In this document: positions 8,775 through 22,897 of the stretch, one piece after another
Numbering within the stretch: the stretch's first letter is position 1
Layout: the number at the start of each line of letters is the position of its first letter
Assembly (NCBI GenBank): GCA_040756235.1
Contig: JBFLZG010000002.1
Span: 160,369 to 224,368 of the forward strand
Reading direction: 5' to 3'
Length of the DNA: 64,000 bases
Source of the DNA: a bacterium
GTDB taxonomy: Bacteria; Desulfobacterota; DSWW01
Position numbers and translations under genes: made by a program
Notes under the pieces: generated by a model
What the model saw: the letters and a program-made list of their open reading frames with translations, nothing else
What the model was told of the DNA's origin: nothing
The model's database searches: none

Positions 8775-11700
8775 ATGCTGATAAAATCTATTAAAATTCA
8801 TGGCTTTAAATCGTTTTATAACGAAGTTGGGCTAGCTCTTAAAGACGGTATCTCTGCCATCGTGGGCCCCAATGGATGCGGCAAGAGCAACATCTTGGAT
8901 GCGATCCGATGGACCCTGGGAGAACAGAATCCTCGTAAGCTGAGAGGCAACAAGATGGAGGATCTTCTGTTCAACGGCAGCGAACACTTTCCTCCGAGCG
9001 GAATGGCGCGAGTCTCCATACAGCTTTCGCCCTTGAAAGGCAGCTTCCCCCAGCCTTACTCGGAGTATGAAGAGCTGTGCCTCGAGCGAATCCTCTATCG
9101 CTCTGGTGAGAGCGAATACCGCTTGAACCAGAACATCGTGCGATTGAAGGACATTCTGGACCTGTTCATGGATACGGGTACCGGTACTCGTGGTTATTCC
9201 ATTATTCCCCAGGGGCTCGTCGGAGAGATCATCAGCGCGAGCGCGGAGCAGAGGCGGCTGTTCATCGAGGAGGCGGCCGGAATCGTCAAGTACAAGACGA
9301 GAAAGGTGTCCGCCGTCAGGAAGATGGAGGCGACCCGGGACAACCTCCGACACATCGAAGCTATTCTGTCCGAGATCAAGAGGCAGGTGAATGCCCTGAA
9401 GAGGCAGGCGCAGAAGGCGAGGCGGTCTCAGGAGCTCAAGGAGGAAGTTCGCAGAACCGAATGCCAACTCGCTTCTTGGCAGTTCCAGGCTTTCTTGCGG
9501 AGCGAGAGAGAGCACGAGAGGCTGAGAGAACAAAGAGAGCAGAGCCTGACTTCCTGCCTTACGGAGTTGGCCAGGGAAGAAGCCGAGATCGAGCAGATCC
9601 GGATCGACCTCATCCAGCACAATCGGCTGTCCGATGAAAACCGGGCCAAGCTGGCCGAGCAGGTGCAGGAACGCAACAGGATCGCTCACAGACAGCTCTA
9701 TCTCAGGCAATCGTTGGAGGATCTGGAAAGAAGTTTGGAGGAAGGCAGGCAGGCGCTTGCCACGTACCGGGAACAGCTCCTGACGGCGCAAGGCGAAGAC
9801 CAGGAGACGAGCCGGAGGCTCGAAGAGATCTCCGCGAAATCGGCCAGCATCGAGGGGGAGCTGAGCTGCTCAAGACAGAGCTACGATGAGCTCGTTTCCC
9901 GGGAGAGGGAGTTGTTGGAGGACCTGGAAACCGTCAAGGTGTCACTCTTCAGCTGCCTGTCGCGGAAAGCGGAGATCCACAACAAGCAGGTTTCGCTGCA
10001 GGAGAAGAGCAGGCACTTGGCGCAGCGTATGGAGAGGACTGTCCGCGAGATGGAGGTCCTGCAGGAGGAGAACGAGGGGCTCTCCCGGAAGCAGCAAGAG
10101 GTGAGTGCCCTGTGCCAAAGCCTGAAGCGGCAGAGAGCGTTCTTGCTCCTGCAGCGAGCCGCGCTGGAGAATTTCCAGCGAGAGCTCCGCCTCGAGGTCG
10201 AAGCGTTGACACGCGAGGTCGAGGGGTTGCAGACGGTTCTGCACAGGAAGGCATCCCGTCTCCTGTCGCTTGAGGACCTTCAGCGGACTTACGAGGGCTG
10301 TCAGGACGGGGTCCGGGCGATCATGCAGAGGCGAGAAGGGAGCGGAGAGTGCCATCCAGGGGTCCTCGGCATGGTTGCCGATGTCATCGAGACAGAGCCC
10401 GAGTTCGAAACCGCCCTGGAGTCGGCGCTCGGCGACCGTCTCCAATACATCATCGTGGAAGAGCAAGAGAGGGGCCTGGAGGCGGTCGAGTATCTGAAGC
10501 GAGGGACCCTGGGGCGAGGCAGTTTCATCCCGCTCGAGCTGAGGGGGCAGTTGCCCCGAAAAGACGTCGCAGACGCAGAAGCGATGGCTTTTCCGATGAT
10601 GGACGTGATTCGGGTGAAGGACGGTTATGACAAGGTGGCTGATTACCTGTTGGGAGACGTCGTGTTGGTTCCGGACCTCCAGGCAGGGCTTCAGTTGTGG
10701 AGAAAGAACGGGCGCCATGATCGAATCGTTACCCGCGACGGAGACATGATCGATCCCTGGGGTGTGATCTCAGGAGGCAAGGCAAACGGCGACGCCGCGG
10801 CCACACTGTTCAAGACCAGGAGGGAGATCCGGGATCTGAAGAAGGAAGTGGAGGAGCTGGACGAGCAGCTTCGCCGCAAGAAGGACTCGTTCGACCTTAC
10901 GCTGCGGAAGGTGAAGGTCTGCGAGTCCGATCTGGGTCAGCTACAGCAGGGACTCTACGCGCTGGACATGGAGATCTTGAAAGCCGAGAAGGACTTCCAG
11001 CAGGCTGACGACTCCCATAAGAGGAATGCTCAGAAGCTGACCGTTCTCGCGGCGGAGAGCCGCGATTTTCAGCAGGAAGCCGTTCAATGGACTTTTCAGG
11101 AGACGAGCAGCGTGCAGGAGCAGGAGGAGCTCATCCAGCAAGAAGCGTGCGAAGAGAGGAGATTGTCCGAATTGTCAGAAGCCGCTGCGATCCTGGCGCG
11201 CGAAAAGGAGGAAAAGAGGGAGGATCTGAGCCGACTGAATGTCGAGGCACAGTTGCTTCGTGAGAGATGGTTGAGTTTGGCTGCTCGCCATACCGAGTTG
11301 GAGCAGAGAGTCGAGCAGTTGCGGAATGCGTCCCTGCAGAGGGAGAAGCGCTGCGAGGAAGACCTGCTGCGGCGTGCGACCTTCGCGGAAGAGTCACAGG
11401 AGAACGAGCGAGAGCTCCTCCGGATCGAAGCGCTGAGCAGGCAGTTGGAGGAGGTGTTGAGTCGACTTGCGGAAACCATCGCGGCCGAGACCTCCTCCGT
11501 GCAGTCGAGAGAGCACGGGGTCCGCTCTTTGGGTAAATCGGCGGAGGAGCTGCGAGCCGCCAGAGACGAGATTCAGCTGAAGCTGGTTGAAGTGGGGCTG
11601 AGAAGAAAGAACATCCAAGAGCAGATTTGGGAAAAGTACCGGATCGATGTCGCGCAGGAGTGCGACGCCGCAGCCGGGGATCTCTGCGAGGCTGAGGTCC

Positions 11701-12332
11701 GCCAGAAGCTGGACGGCCTCCATGCCGCTCTGGAAAGCCTGGGTGAGGTGGATCCGGCGGCGATCGAGGAATTTGAGGAATTGCAGGCCCGGCATGCCTT
11801 CTACCAGGACCAGCACGAAGACTTGAGGGCCTCTCTGGACTCGCTGCAGCGATTGATTCAACGGATCAACCGGATCACACGGTCTCGATTCCTAGAGGCT
11901 TTCGAAGGAATCAACCAGCGATTCCAGCAGGTCTTTCCGAAGCTTTTCAACGGCGGTAAAGCCTTCCTGAGATTGGAGGAAGACAAGAGCCCCCTGGAAG
12001 CCGGAGTCGAGATTGTAGCGCAACCTCCTGGCAAGAAGTTGCAGAACATCAACCTGCTGTCGGGGGGCGAGAAGAGCTTGGCTGCGCTCTCTTTGATACT
12101 GGCCATCTTCCAGTTCAAACCAAGTCCGTTCTGCATTCTGGACGAGGTGGATGCGGCCCTTGACGACGTCAATGTGAATCGTTTCAACGAGATCTTGCGG
12201 GAAATCGCAAAAGTGGCCCAGTTCATTGTGATCACTCACAACAAGCAGACGATGGAGACGGCCGACAGCCTTTACGGCGTCACGATGCAATCGCCCGGAG
12301 TGTCGGGCATCGTATCCGTAAGATTGAACTGA
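8775..12332 (+). CDS. smc: Chromosome segregation protein SMC
   Basis: GFKSF, Walker A GPNGCGKSN, FIEEAAGI, coiled coils, hinge (ALGDRLQYIIV, GR.SFIPL), LSGGE, ILDEVDAALD. Confidence 0.98.
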   Translation: MLIKSIKIHGFKSFYNEVGLALKDGISAIVGPNGCGKSNILDAIRWTLGEQNPRKLRGNKMEDLLFNGSEHFPPSGMARVSIQLSPLKGSFPQPYSEYEELCLERILYRSGESEYRLNQNIVRLKDILDLFMDTGTGTRGYSIIPQGLVGEIISASAEQRRLFIEEAAGIVKYKTRKVSAVRKMEATRDNLRHIEAILSEIKRQVNALKRQAQKARRSQELKEEVRRTECQLASWQFQAFLRSEREHERLREQREQSLTSCLTELAREEAEIEQIRIDLIQHNRLSDENRAKLAEQVQERNRIAHRQLYLRQSLEDLERSLEEGRQALATYREQLLTAQGEDQETSRRLEEISAKSASIEGELSCSRQSYDELVSRERELLEDLETVKVSLFSCLSRKAEIHNKQVSLQEKSRHLAQRMERTVREMEVLQEENEGLSRKQQEVSALCQSLKRQRAFLLLQRAALENFQRELRLEVEALTREVEGLQTVLHRKASRLLSLEDLQRTYEGCQDGVRAIMQRREGSGECHPGVLGMVADVIETEPEFETALESALGDRLQYIIVEEQERGLEAVEYLKRGTLGRGSFIPLELRGQLPRKDVADAEAMAFPMMDVIRVKDGYDKVADYLLGDVVLVPDLQAGLQLWRKNGRHDRIVTRDGDMIDPWGVISGGKANGDAAATLFKTRREIRDLKKEVEELDEQLRRKKDSFDLTLRKVKVCESDLGQLQQGLYALDMEILKAEKDFQQADDSHKRNAQKLTVLAAESRDFQQEAVQWTFQETSSVQEQEELIQQEACEERRLSELSEAAAILAREKEEKREDLSRLNVEAQLLRERWLSLAARHTELEQRVEQLRNASLQREKRCEEDLLRRATFAEESQENERELLRIEALSRQLEEVLSRLAETIAAETSSVQSREHGVRSLGKSAEELRAARDEIQLKLVEVGLRRKNIQEQIWEKYRIDVAQECDAAAGDLCEAEVRQKLDGLHAALESLGEVDPAAIEEFEELQARHAFYQDQHEDLRASLDSLQRLIQRINRITRSRFLEAFEGINQRFQQVFPKLFNGGKAFLRLEEDKSPLEAGVEIVAQPPGKKLQNINLLSGGEKSLAALSLILAIFQFKPSPFCILDEVDAALDDVNVNRFNEILREIAKVAQFIVITHNKQTMETADSLYGVTMQSPGVSGIVSVRLN

Positions 12333-12460
12333 TCTCTCGCTCTCTCTTGCTCTGCCCCTTCCCAAATTCCTTAAGGTAAGACATCCGTTCCAAGAAAGCG
12401 GCCTAGGGGCACGTCAGGGGAATACTGATAGCGGCGCCCGGCCGCAGGAGGTCTGCTTCC

Positions 12461-13732
12461 TTGGACCGTGCGTGGGCATATGTCGAGTCCGCAAGACCGA
12501 CCTTGCGCCTCTTCGTGCACGAGCATCCCTGGGTCGCGGCCCTCATCGCCCTCTTCATCAGCCTGATCGTTCTCGGGTGGTTCTTCCGCGCTTGTGCCGT
12601 GCGGCGCAGGGCCAAGAGGGTTGCGAAAGCCGGACAGGTCCGGGCCACCGAACGGGAGCCGGAGGAAGAGTCACGCCTCCGGGTGATGGAACGAGGACCT
12701 GAGGAGGCGACCTCCGTCCGACCTGGGGCGACAGCCGCGATAGCCCAACCGGATCTACTCCCCGCACCGGTCGCGCCGACACCGGAGCCCAGGAGGGAAG
12801 AGACCTTTCTGGAGCGACTCAGGACCGGCCTGGGCAAGACGCGCGAACAACTCATCGGCCGCCTGGATCAGGTGCTGTTTAGAAGAGGCTCTGTTGAACG
12901 TGTGGACCTGGAAGAGCTCGAAGAGGTCCTTCTTTCCGCAGATATCGGTGTGAAGACCACTTATCAGCTCCTGTCTGAGATGGAAAGTGAGCTGAAGAAT
13001 GGCGCAAGCAGCCCGGATCGAATGAAGGAAGTCATCAAGGGTGGCCTCTTGCGGTTGCTCACGGTCGAGTCTGCTCCGCTTGATCCCGATCGTTTGAAGC
13101 CGTTCATCGTCATGGTCGTGGGAGTCAATGGGGTTGGGAAGACAACGACGATCGGGAAGTTGGGAGCCCTGTTCGGGAGTCAGGGGAAGAAAGTCATGTT
13201 TGTGGCTGCGGACACTTTTCGAGCCGCTGCCATAGAGCAGTTGGAGATCTGGAGCCATCGGGTAGGCGCCGATCTCGTCAAGCATAAATCCGGCGCAGAC
13301 CCGTCCGCTGTCGCCTATGACGGCGTGCATGCTGCGATTTCAAGGAAGACGGATGTCGTGATCCTGGATACCGCAGGCCGGTTGCACACCAAGGCCAATC
13401 TCATGGAAGAGCTGAAGAAGGTAAAGCGCATTTTGGCCAGGGAGTGCGCGGGGGCACCTCATGAAATTTTGCTTGTGTTGGATGCGACCGGGGGCCAGAA
13501 TGCGATCGTTCAATCCAAGGCCTTTCATGAGGCCTTGGGGGTGGGCGGGATCGTGCTGACCAAGATGGACGGCACCTCCAAAGGAGGGGTCATCATCGGG
13601 ATCACGGCGGAGCTCAACATTCCCATTCGTTTTATAGGCATCGGAGAGGGCTTGGATGATCTGAAACCGTTCGAACCGATGGTCTTTGTGGAGGCTCTCT
13701 TCAATGAGAGCGGGAAGCAGAAGGTACAGTGA
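12461..13732 (+). CDS. ftsY: Signal recognition particle receptor FtsY
   Basis: GVNGVGKTTT, DTFRAAA, DTAGR, TKMDG; N-terminal hydrophobic helix; TTG start uncertain. Confidence 0.96.
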   Translation: MDRAWAYVESARPTLRLFVHEHPWVAALIALFISLIVLGWFFRACAVRRRAKRVAKAGQVRATEREPEEESRLRVMERGPEEATSVRPGATAAIAQPDLLPAPVAPTPEPRREETFLERLRTGLGKTREQLIGRLDQVLFRRGSVERVDLEELEEVLLSADIGVKTTYQLLSEMESELKNGASSPDRMKEVIKGGLLRLLTVESAPLDPDRLKPFIVMVVGVNGVGKTTTIGKLGALFGSQGKKVMFVAADTFRAAAIEQLEIWSHRVGADLVKHKSGADPSAVAYDGVHAAISRKTDVVILDTAGRLHTKANLMEELKKVKRILARECAGAPHEILLVLDATGGQNAIVQSKAFHEALGVGGIVLTKMDGTSKGGVIIGITAELNIPIRFIGIGEGLDDLKPFEPMVFVEALFNESGKQKVQ

Positions 13733-13785
13733 CTCGCATGTGGATGCCCTCGAGAACCATGATTTCTGATCGAAGCGCCGAAAAG

Positions 13786-13814
13786 TTGACATGGATCCAC
13801 AAAATTCCTATTAT
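13786..13814 (+). promoter_or_regulatory. sigma70-type promoter for zapB-zapA(-rny)
   Basis: TTGACA-17 nt-TATTAT. Confidence 0.7.
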
Positions 13815-13853
13815 TTCTATGGTTATCTTCTTGGGGCAAGGGGAATATCTGCC

Positions 13854-14090
13854 ATGGATTTCGAGAGCTTACAGCAGTTGGAAGAGCGCATCGAAGAGCT
13901 GACGACCAAATTCATCAACTTGAGGCAGGATCATCAGAAAGCACTCGTGGATCTCGGGGAAAAGGAGAAGAAGATAGAAGAGTTGAGCGAAAGGGTGAAC
14001 GAGTTCAACCAGGTCAAAGCCCGTATGCACACGAAGATAGAGAACATTCTCAAGAGGTTGGAGTTTCTGAGGGTTCAATCCGGGACCTGA
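13854..14090 (+). CDS. zapB: Cell division protein ZapB-like coiled coil
   Basis: 78-aa coiled coil (LQQLEERIEEL...KIENILKRLE) directly upstream of zapA; start at ATG 13854, downstream of the promoter. Confidence 0.75.
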   Translation: MDFESLQQLEERIEELTTKFINLRQDHQKALVDLGEKEKKIEELSERVNEFNQVKARMHTKIENILKRLEFLRVQSGT

Positions 14091-14128
14091 GTGGGGTGGC
14101 AAAGATTGGCCCGTCCACGGGGGGTCTT

Positions 14129-14425
14129 TTGAAAAAAACAATCGATGTGCAAGTTCTCGGACAGAATGTTCGAATCCGACACGAAGATGAGGAATACATC
14201 CGGCAACTTGAGAGCTTCGTCAACGAGAGAATCCGGATGCAGGAGGCCGACCCAAAGGCCGGTTCTAATTTGCAGTTGGCCATCCGAGGCCTGCTCACGA
14301 TCGCAGACGAATACTTTACTGCGATCAGAGAAAAGGAGAGTGTCAGGAAGGAAGTCGAAGACAAAGCAAGAAAATTGATCCATTTCATTGACCAGCAAGC
14401 TGCTTTGCTTGAAGAAGGTGGCTGA
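14129..14425 (+). CDS. zapA: Cell division protein ZapA
   Basis: IDVQVLGQ..I...DEEYI..L..FVNERI, LAI..LLTIADEYF; TTG 14129 after a G-rich RBS (alternative GTG 14096). Confidence 0.85.
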   Translation: MKKTIDVQVLGQNVRIRHEDEEYIRQLESFVNERIRMQEADPKAGSNLQLAIRGLLTIADEYFTAIREKESVRKEVEDKARKLIHFIDQQAALLEEGG

Positions 14426-14432
14426 TAGGAAG

Positions 14433-14924
14433 TCCAGAAGGAGGAGCTTGACAGGACGACATGAAAGGGACGGCTTTCGCGAGGATCAGGAGTCTTGTTG
14501 TGTGTTTTATTTGCCACTTGGTCGATCAGTGGCTAATGGGACTTTTGTTGGGTTTGCCAGGAGAGACGACCAGCCCAACCGGGAATAGCGGATGTGATGG
14601 CGACGGCCGAACTGTAAGCGCGAGGGCTGTGCTGCGCGCGGCCGGAAGATCCGAAGAGGGAGCGCTTGGGAGTCGCGGGCCCTCAGCGAGGAATGAACCA
14701 CGATCTCGGGCGGCTTCGGATGCTGGGGGAGACCGTCTTTACGAGGGCTCTTTGGGCTACTCTTGGCGCGGCGACATCATCCACCATGAAGGTACAGGAG
14801 CCAGCGACCATCGGAGATCGTGCTTGAGGGCATTCTAGCTGGCCCTGCCTTCGGTCCTGACGAGTATTCCTTCCTCGAAAAAGCCTTTCGATCTATCCTT
14901 CCTGGGCCTGATCCTGCTTCTGGA
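14433..14924 (+). ncRNA. Putative large structured RNA or rny leader (unassigned family, occupies the usual 6S RNA position)
   Basis: Nested complementary segments: 14433-40/14917-24, 14482-90/14907-15, 14513-18/14528-33, 14547-54/14572-79, 14622-27/14679-84, 14699-707/14814-22, 14827-31/14842-46; no convincing protein. Confidence 0.4.
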
Positions 14925-14950
14925 GCCACCTGCGCACTTACACGGAGGAG

Positions 14951-16528
14951 GTGATCGCCTTGTTCTCAATGCTCATATCGATATTGCTCGCACTTGCGGC
15001 CGGTGGGGTTGGCGGTTTTTACGCAGGCAACTTGTATCGTAAGAAGGCTTATGAGTCGCGGATGGCTTCCGCGGAGGAACTCTCCAGGAAGCTCCTCGAG
15101 AATGCCAAGCAAGAAGCCGAAAACATACGCAAAGAAGCGAAGATTCTTGCTAAAGACGAGATCTTCAAGGCGCAGACGGAATTCGAACAGGAATCCAAGG
15201 AGCGTCGCGCTGAGCTTCAGCGCATGGAGAAGAGGCTCCTACAGAAGGAAGAGAACCTCGATAAGAAGATTGATCTGCTCGACAAGAGAGAGTTCGAGGC
15301 TAGTAAGAAGGAAAAGAGGGCCTTCAAGCTGGAGAAGACGGTCGAGGAGAAGCTGATCCAGCTTCAGAAGATGCAGGAAGAAGCACGAGTGAAGCTTGAA
15401 AGAATCGCGGGGATCAGCAAGGAGGAAGCCAAAAATCTTCTGATGGATTCCCTGATCGAAGAAGTGAAGCATGAATCTGCAAGGCAGATCAAGCAGATAG
15501 AGGAACGAACCAAGGAGATTGCAGACAAGAAGGCCAAGGAGATCCTGGCCTTGGCGATTCAACGCTACGGCGGAGACTATGTGGCAGAGCGCACGGTTTC
15601 CATCGTGAACCTCCCCAATGACGAGATGAAGGGGCGCATTATAGGTCGGGAAGGCAGGAACATTCGAGCCCTCGAGGCGATTACTGGAGTCGACCTGATC
15701 ATAGATGATACGCCGGAAGCAGTCATCTTGTCCGCACACAACCCCCTGAGGAGAGAGGTGGCCAAAATCAGCCTGGAAAGACTGATTTCCGATGGAAGAA
15801 TCCACCCGGCACGAATTGAAGAGGTCGTCAAAAAAGTTGAAGAAGAGATGGAGGAGACCATTCGGGAAATCGGAGAGCAGGCGACGTTTGACGTGGGCGT
15901 GCACGGTATCCATTTGGAACTGATCAAGTTGTTGGGCCGGTTGAAATACCGGACCAGCTTCGGACAAAACGTGCTCCAGCACTCGATCGAGGGCGCGTTC
16001 CTGTGCGGCATCATGGCTGCGGAGCTGGGTCTCGATGTGAAAGAGGCGAAGAGGGCGGCTCTTCTGCATGATATTGGAAAGGCCGTCGATCATGAGGTGG
16101 AGGGATCGCACGCGATCATCGGAGCTGACCTCGCCAGGAAGTACGGCGAGAGCGAGACCATCATCAATGCCATTGCGGCACATCATGAGGAGGTGAGGCC
16201 CGAGTCCGTGTTGCCTCTCCTGGTGCAGGCAGCCGACGCGCTCTCCGGAGCTCGACCGGGAGCGCGAAAGGAGATGCTTGAAACCTATGTGAAGAGACTG
16301 GAAGACCTGGAGAGGATTTCCTCTTCTTTCGCGGGGGTTGAGAAGTCGTACGCGATCCAAGCCGGAAGGGAGATCCGCATCATCGTCGAGAATGCTGTGG
16401 TCTCCGACGATGATGCGGTGGTCCTGTGCAGGGACATCGCCAGGAAAATCGAATCCGAGCTGAGCTATCCAGGCCAGATCAAGGTCACCGTAATCCGGGA
16501 GACCCGGGCGGTCGAGTATGCCAAGTAA
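14951..16528 (+). CDS. rny: Ribonuclease Y
   Basis: N-terminal TM helix, coiled coil, KH ([13 protein letters not shown]), HD (LLHDIGKA), [20 protein letters not shown]. Confidence 0.98.
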   Translation: MIALFSMLISILLALAAGGVGGFYAGNLYRKKAYESRMASAEELSRKLLENAKQEAENIRKEAKILAKDEIFKAQTEFEQESKERRAELQRMEKRLLQKEENLDKKIDLLDKREFEASKKEKRAFKLEKTVEEKLIQLQKMQEEARVKLERIAGISKEEAKNLLMDSLIEEVKHESARQIKQIEERTKEIADKKAKEILALAIQRYGGDYVAERTVSIVNLPNDEMKGRIIGREGRNIRALEAITGVDLIIDDTPEAVILSAHNPLRREVAKISLERLISDGRIHPARIEEVVKKVEEEMEETIREIGEQATFDVGVHGIHLELIKLLGRLKYRTSFGQNVLQHSIEGAFLCGIMAAELGLDVKEAKRAALLHDIGKAVDHEVEGSHAIIGADLARKYGESETIINAIAAHHEEVRPESVLPLLVQAADALSGARPGARKEMLETYVKRLEDLERISSSFAGVEKSYAIQAGREIRIIVENAVVSDDDAVVLCRDIARKIESELSYPGQIKVTVIRETRAVEYAK

Positions 16529-16543
16529 GCACAAGCTGAATGC

Positions 16544-17362
16544 ATGAAAATCCTGGTTGTGGGCGATATCCTGGGCAAGGGAGGGCGGAAAGCGCTCAGG
16601 TGCCTCTTGCCGCCCATTCTCGATAAGGAGTTTGTGGATCTGGTGATCGGGAACGTCGAGAACGTGGCCGGGGGTATGGGAGTAACCAGGGATTCGCTGG
16701 CGGAAGTGAAGAACGCCGGGGTTCAGGTCATGACTTCCGGAAACCACGTTTGGAAAAAACCAGGATTCGATGACCTGTTTAAAACAGAATCTTTTCTGCT
16801 CCGGCCCGGGAACTATCCTCCCGGCGTTCCCGGCCGCGGAATGGCAATTTGGGAAACGAATCTGGGACTTAAGGTCGGAGTCATCAACCTCCTGGGGCGG
16901 ATCTTCATGGAACCGGTCGAGTGCCCTTTTCGCACGAGCGACGCGCTCGTGAGTCGCCTCGCCAACCTGGGAGTCCGGATTCGTATCGTTGATTTCCATG
17001 CCGAAGCGACTTCTGAAAAAGCGGCCCTTGGCTGGTACTTGGATGGAAGAGTGTCGGCCGTGATCGGGACGCATACTCACGTTCAAACGGCAGACGAGAG
17101 GGTGTTCCCCAAGGGGACAGGTTTCCTTTCGGACGCAGGTATGACAGGCTCCCAAGACTCGGTGATCGGAGTCAAGACGGAATCTTCTCTCAAGAGGTTT
17201 CTTACCGGAATTCCGCAGCGTTTCGAACCTTCGAACAAGGGACTGATGCTGAATGGGGCTTTGCTGGACGTTTGTGAGTCGACCGGACGCTGTCGGGGCA
17301 TTCGTAGGATCAGAAAGTACCTTGACAGCGACGGCGCGGAATGGAATAATGGGGATGTGTGA
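16544..17362 (+). CDS. ymdB: YmdB/TIGR00282-family metallophosphoesterase
   Basis: GDILG, NVEN..GG.G, TSGNH, DFHAEATSEK, GTHTHVQTAD, D.GMTG; follows rny. Confidence 0.93.
   Translation: MKILVVGDILGKGGRKALRCLLPPILDKEFVDLVIGNVENVAGGMGVTRDSLAEVKNAGVQVMTSGNHVWKKPGFDDLFKTESFLLRPGNYPPGVPGRGMAIWETNLGLKVGVINLLGRIFMEPVECPFRTSDALVSRLANLGVRIRIVDFHAEATSEKAALGWYLDGRVSAVIGTHTHVQTADERVFPKGTGFLSDAGMTGSQDSVIGVKTESSLKRFLTGIPQRFEPSNKGLMLNGALLDVCESTGRCRGIRRIRKYLDSDGAEWNNGDV
17322..17350 (+). promoter_or_regulatory. Candidate rrn P1 promoter, inside the 3' end of ymdB
   Basis: TTGACA-17 nt-AATAAT. Confidence 0.45.
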
Positions 17363-17407
17363 GAGACTTGAGTAAAGGAGGCGGCCTCAAAAAAGCTACT
17401 GAGACTC

Positions 17408-17437
17408 TTGACATCTCACTCTCTATTGAGTTAAAAT
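17408..17437 (+). promoter_or_regulatory. Candidate rrn P2 promoter
   Basis: TTGACA-18 nt-TAAAAT upstream of boxA. Confidence 0.6.
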
Positions 17438-17468
17438 CAGTTTTCTTTGTCGCGATCCAATTCTTCTG

Positions 17469-17506
17469 GTTCTTTGAAAACCGAATAGTAGTCGGCAAGC
17501 CCAAGA
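17469..17506 (+). promoter_or_regulatory. rrn leader boxA and 5' arm of the 16S processing stem
   Basis: GTTCTTTGAAAA boxA; 17470-17506 is near-perfectly complementary to 19154-19188; a second boxA TGCTCTTTGAAAA lies at 19419-19431. Confidence 0.8.
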
Positions 17507-17545
17507 AGCAAACTCGAAAATAAGCCCGTTCGGCTTATTTTACAA

Positions 17546-19119
<1,574 letters not shown>

Positions 19120-19204
19120 TCAGCGTCCATCTTGAGGACGAACTCCAGGTCAATCTTGGGCTTGCCCTACTATTCGGTTTCCAAAGAATGAATCGACCCT
19201 AAGG

Positions 19205-19281
<77 letters not shown>

Positions 19282-19300
19282 TCGCCCGGCTAGACAGATC

Positions 19301-19376
19301 GGGGGTGTAGCTCAGCTGGGAGAGCGCCTGCTTTGCAAGCAGGAGGTCATCGGTTCGAGCCCGTTCACCTCCACCA
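19301..19376 (+). tRNA. tRNA-Ala(TGC)
   Basis: GGGGGTG/CACCTCC acceptor stem with G3-U70, anticodon loop TTTGCAA, GTTCGA, CCA end. Confidence 0.98.
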
Positions 19377-19470
19377 CATAGGGTGAAAAGGAAAGATCGA
19401 AGAATTCTGATATTCCCCTGCTCTTTGAAAATTGAATAATGTGTATTCACCGTGAATTTGATTTGGCTAT

Positions 19471-22498
<3,028 letters not shown>

Positions 22499-22530
22499 TA
22501 GCCTTATATTTCTTTTCTTCTGTTCAGTTT

Positions 22531-22648
22531 TCCTGGTGGCCATAGCGGAGAGGAAACACCCGTTTCCATACCGAACACGGCCGTTAAGCTCTCCAGCGCC
22601 GATGGTACTGCAAGGGTGACCTTGTGGGAGAGTAGGTCGCTGCCAGGA
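22531..22648 (+). rRNA. rrf: 5S ribosomal RNA
   Basis: TCCTGGTGGC...GCTGCCAGGA terminal stem, CCGAAC, GATGGTACT, GAGAGTAGG. Confidence 0.98.
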
Positions 22649-22661
22649 AATTTATATTCAA

Positions 22662-22700
22662 GGGGAGAGGATCCAACCGACGGATCCTCTCTCTTTTTTT
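22662..22700 (+). terminator. Intrinsic terminator of the rrn operon
   Basis: GAGAGGATCC-loop-GGATCCTCTC followed by a T run. Confidence 0.9.
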
Positions 22701-22897
22701 ATGGCCTTCGATCATGATGCGGACCGCCGGAGTGGAGCTGTGCCGCGCGAAGACGCGGTTGTGTACCAGATTGGCTACATTTTCGAATGCAGGTTCTTGA
22801 ATTGAATCCGAAAATCAGAGGTGATGCTGTACGGCCTGATTCTTGCTGGCTCGCTCTTACAGTCACGATCACTTCCTCTAGCAGGTAAACCCTCGAT

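Noticed and set aside
14461..14838. 125-aa ORF in the zapA-rny spacer (MKGTAFARIRS...)
   Set aside because: No recognisable domain, mostly G/A/R/S-rich, and it lies over predicted RNA stems; it is not ygfA. A short leader peptide cannot be excluded.
14426..14950. Calling the spacer 6S RNA, tmRNA or RNase P RNA
   Set aside because: Position fits 6S but no rod with a central bubble was found; no tRNA-like ends for tmRNA; no GAGGAAAGTCC motif for RNase P.
15239..17155. Long antisense ORFs (also 5985-7391, 48518-50527, 52732-54915, 60100-61686)
   Set aside because: Shadow frames of well-supported genes, expected with GC-rich codon usage; no motifs of their own (the real mtgA is in a different frame).
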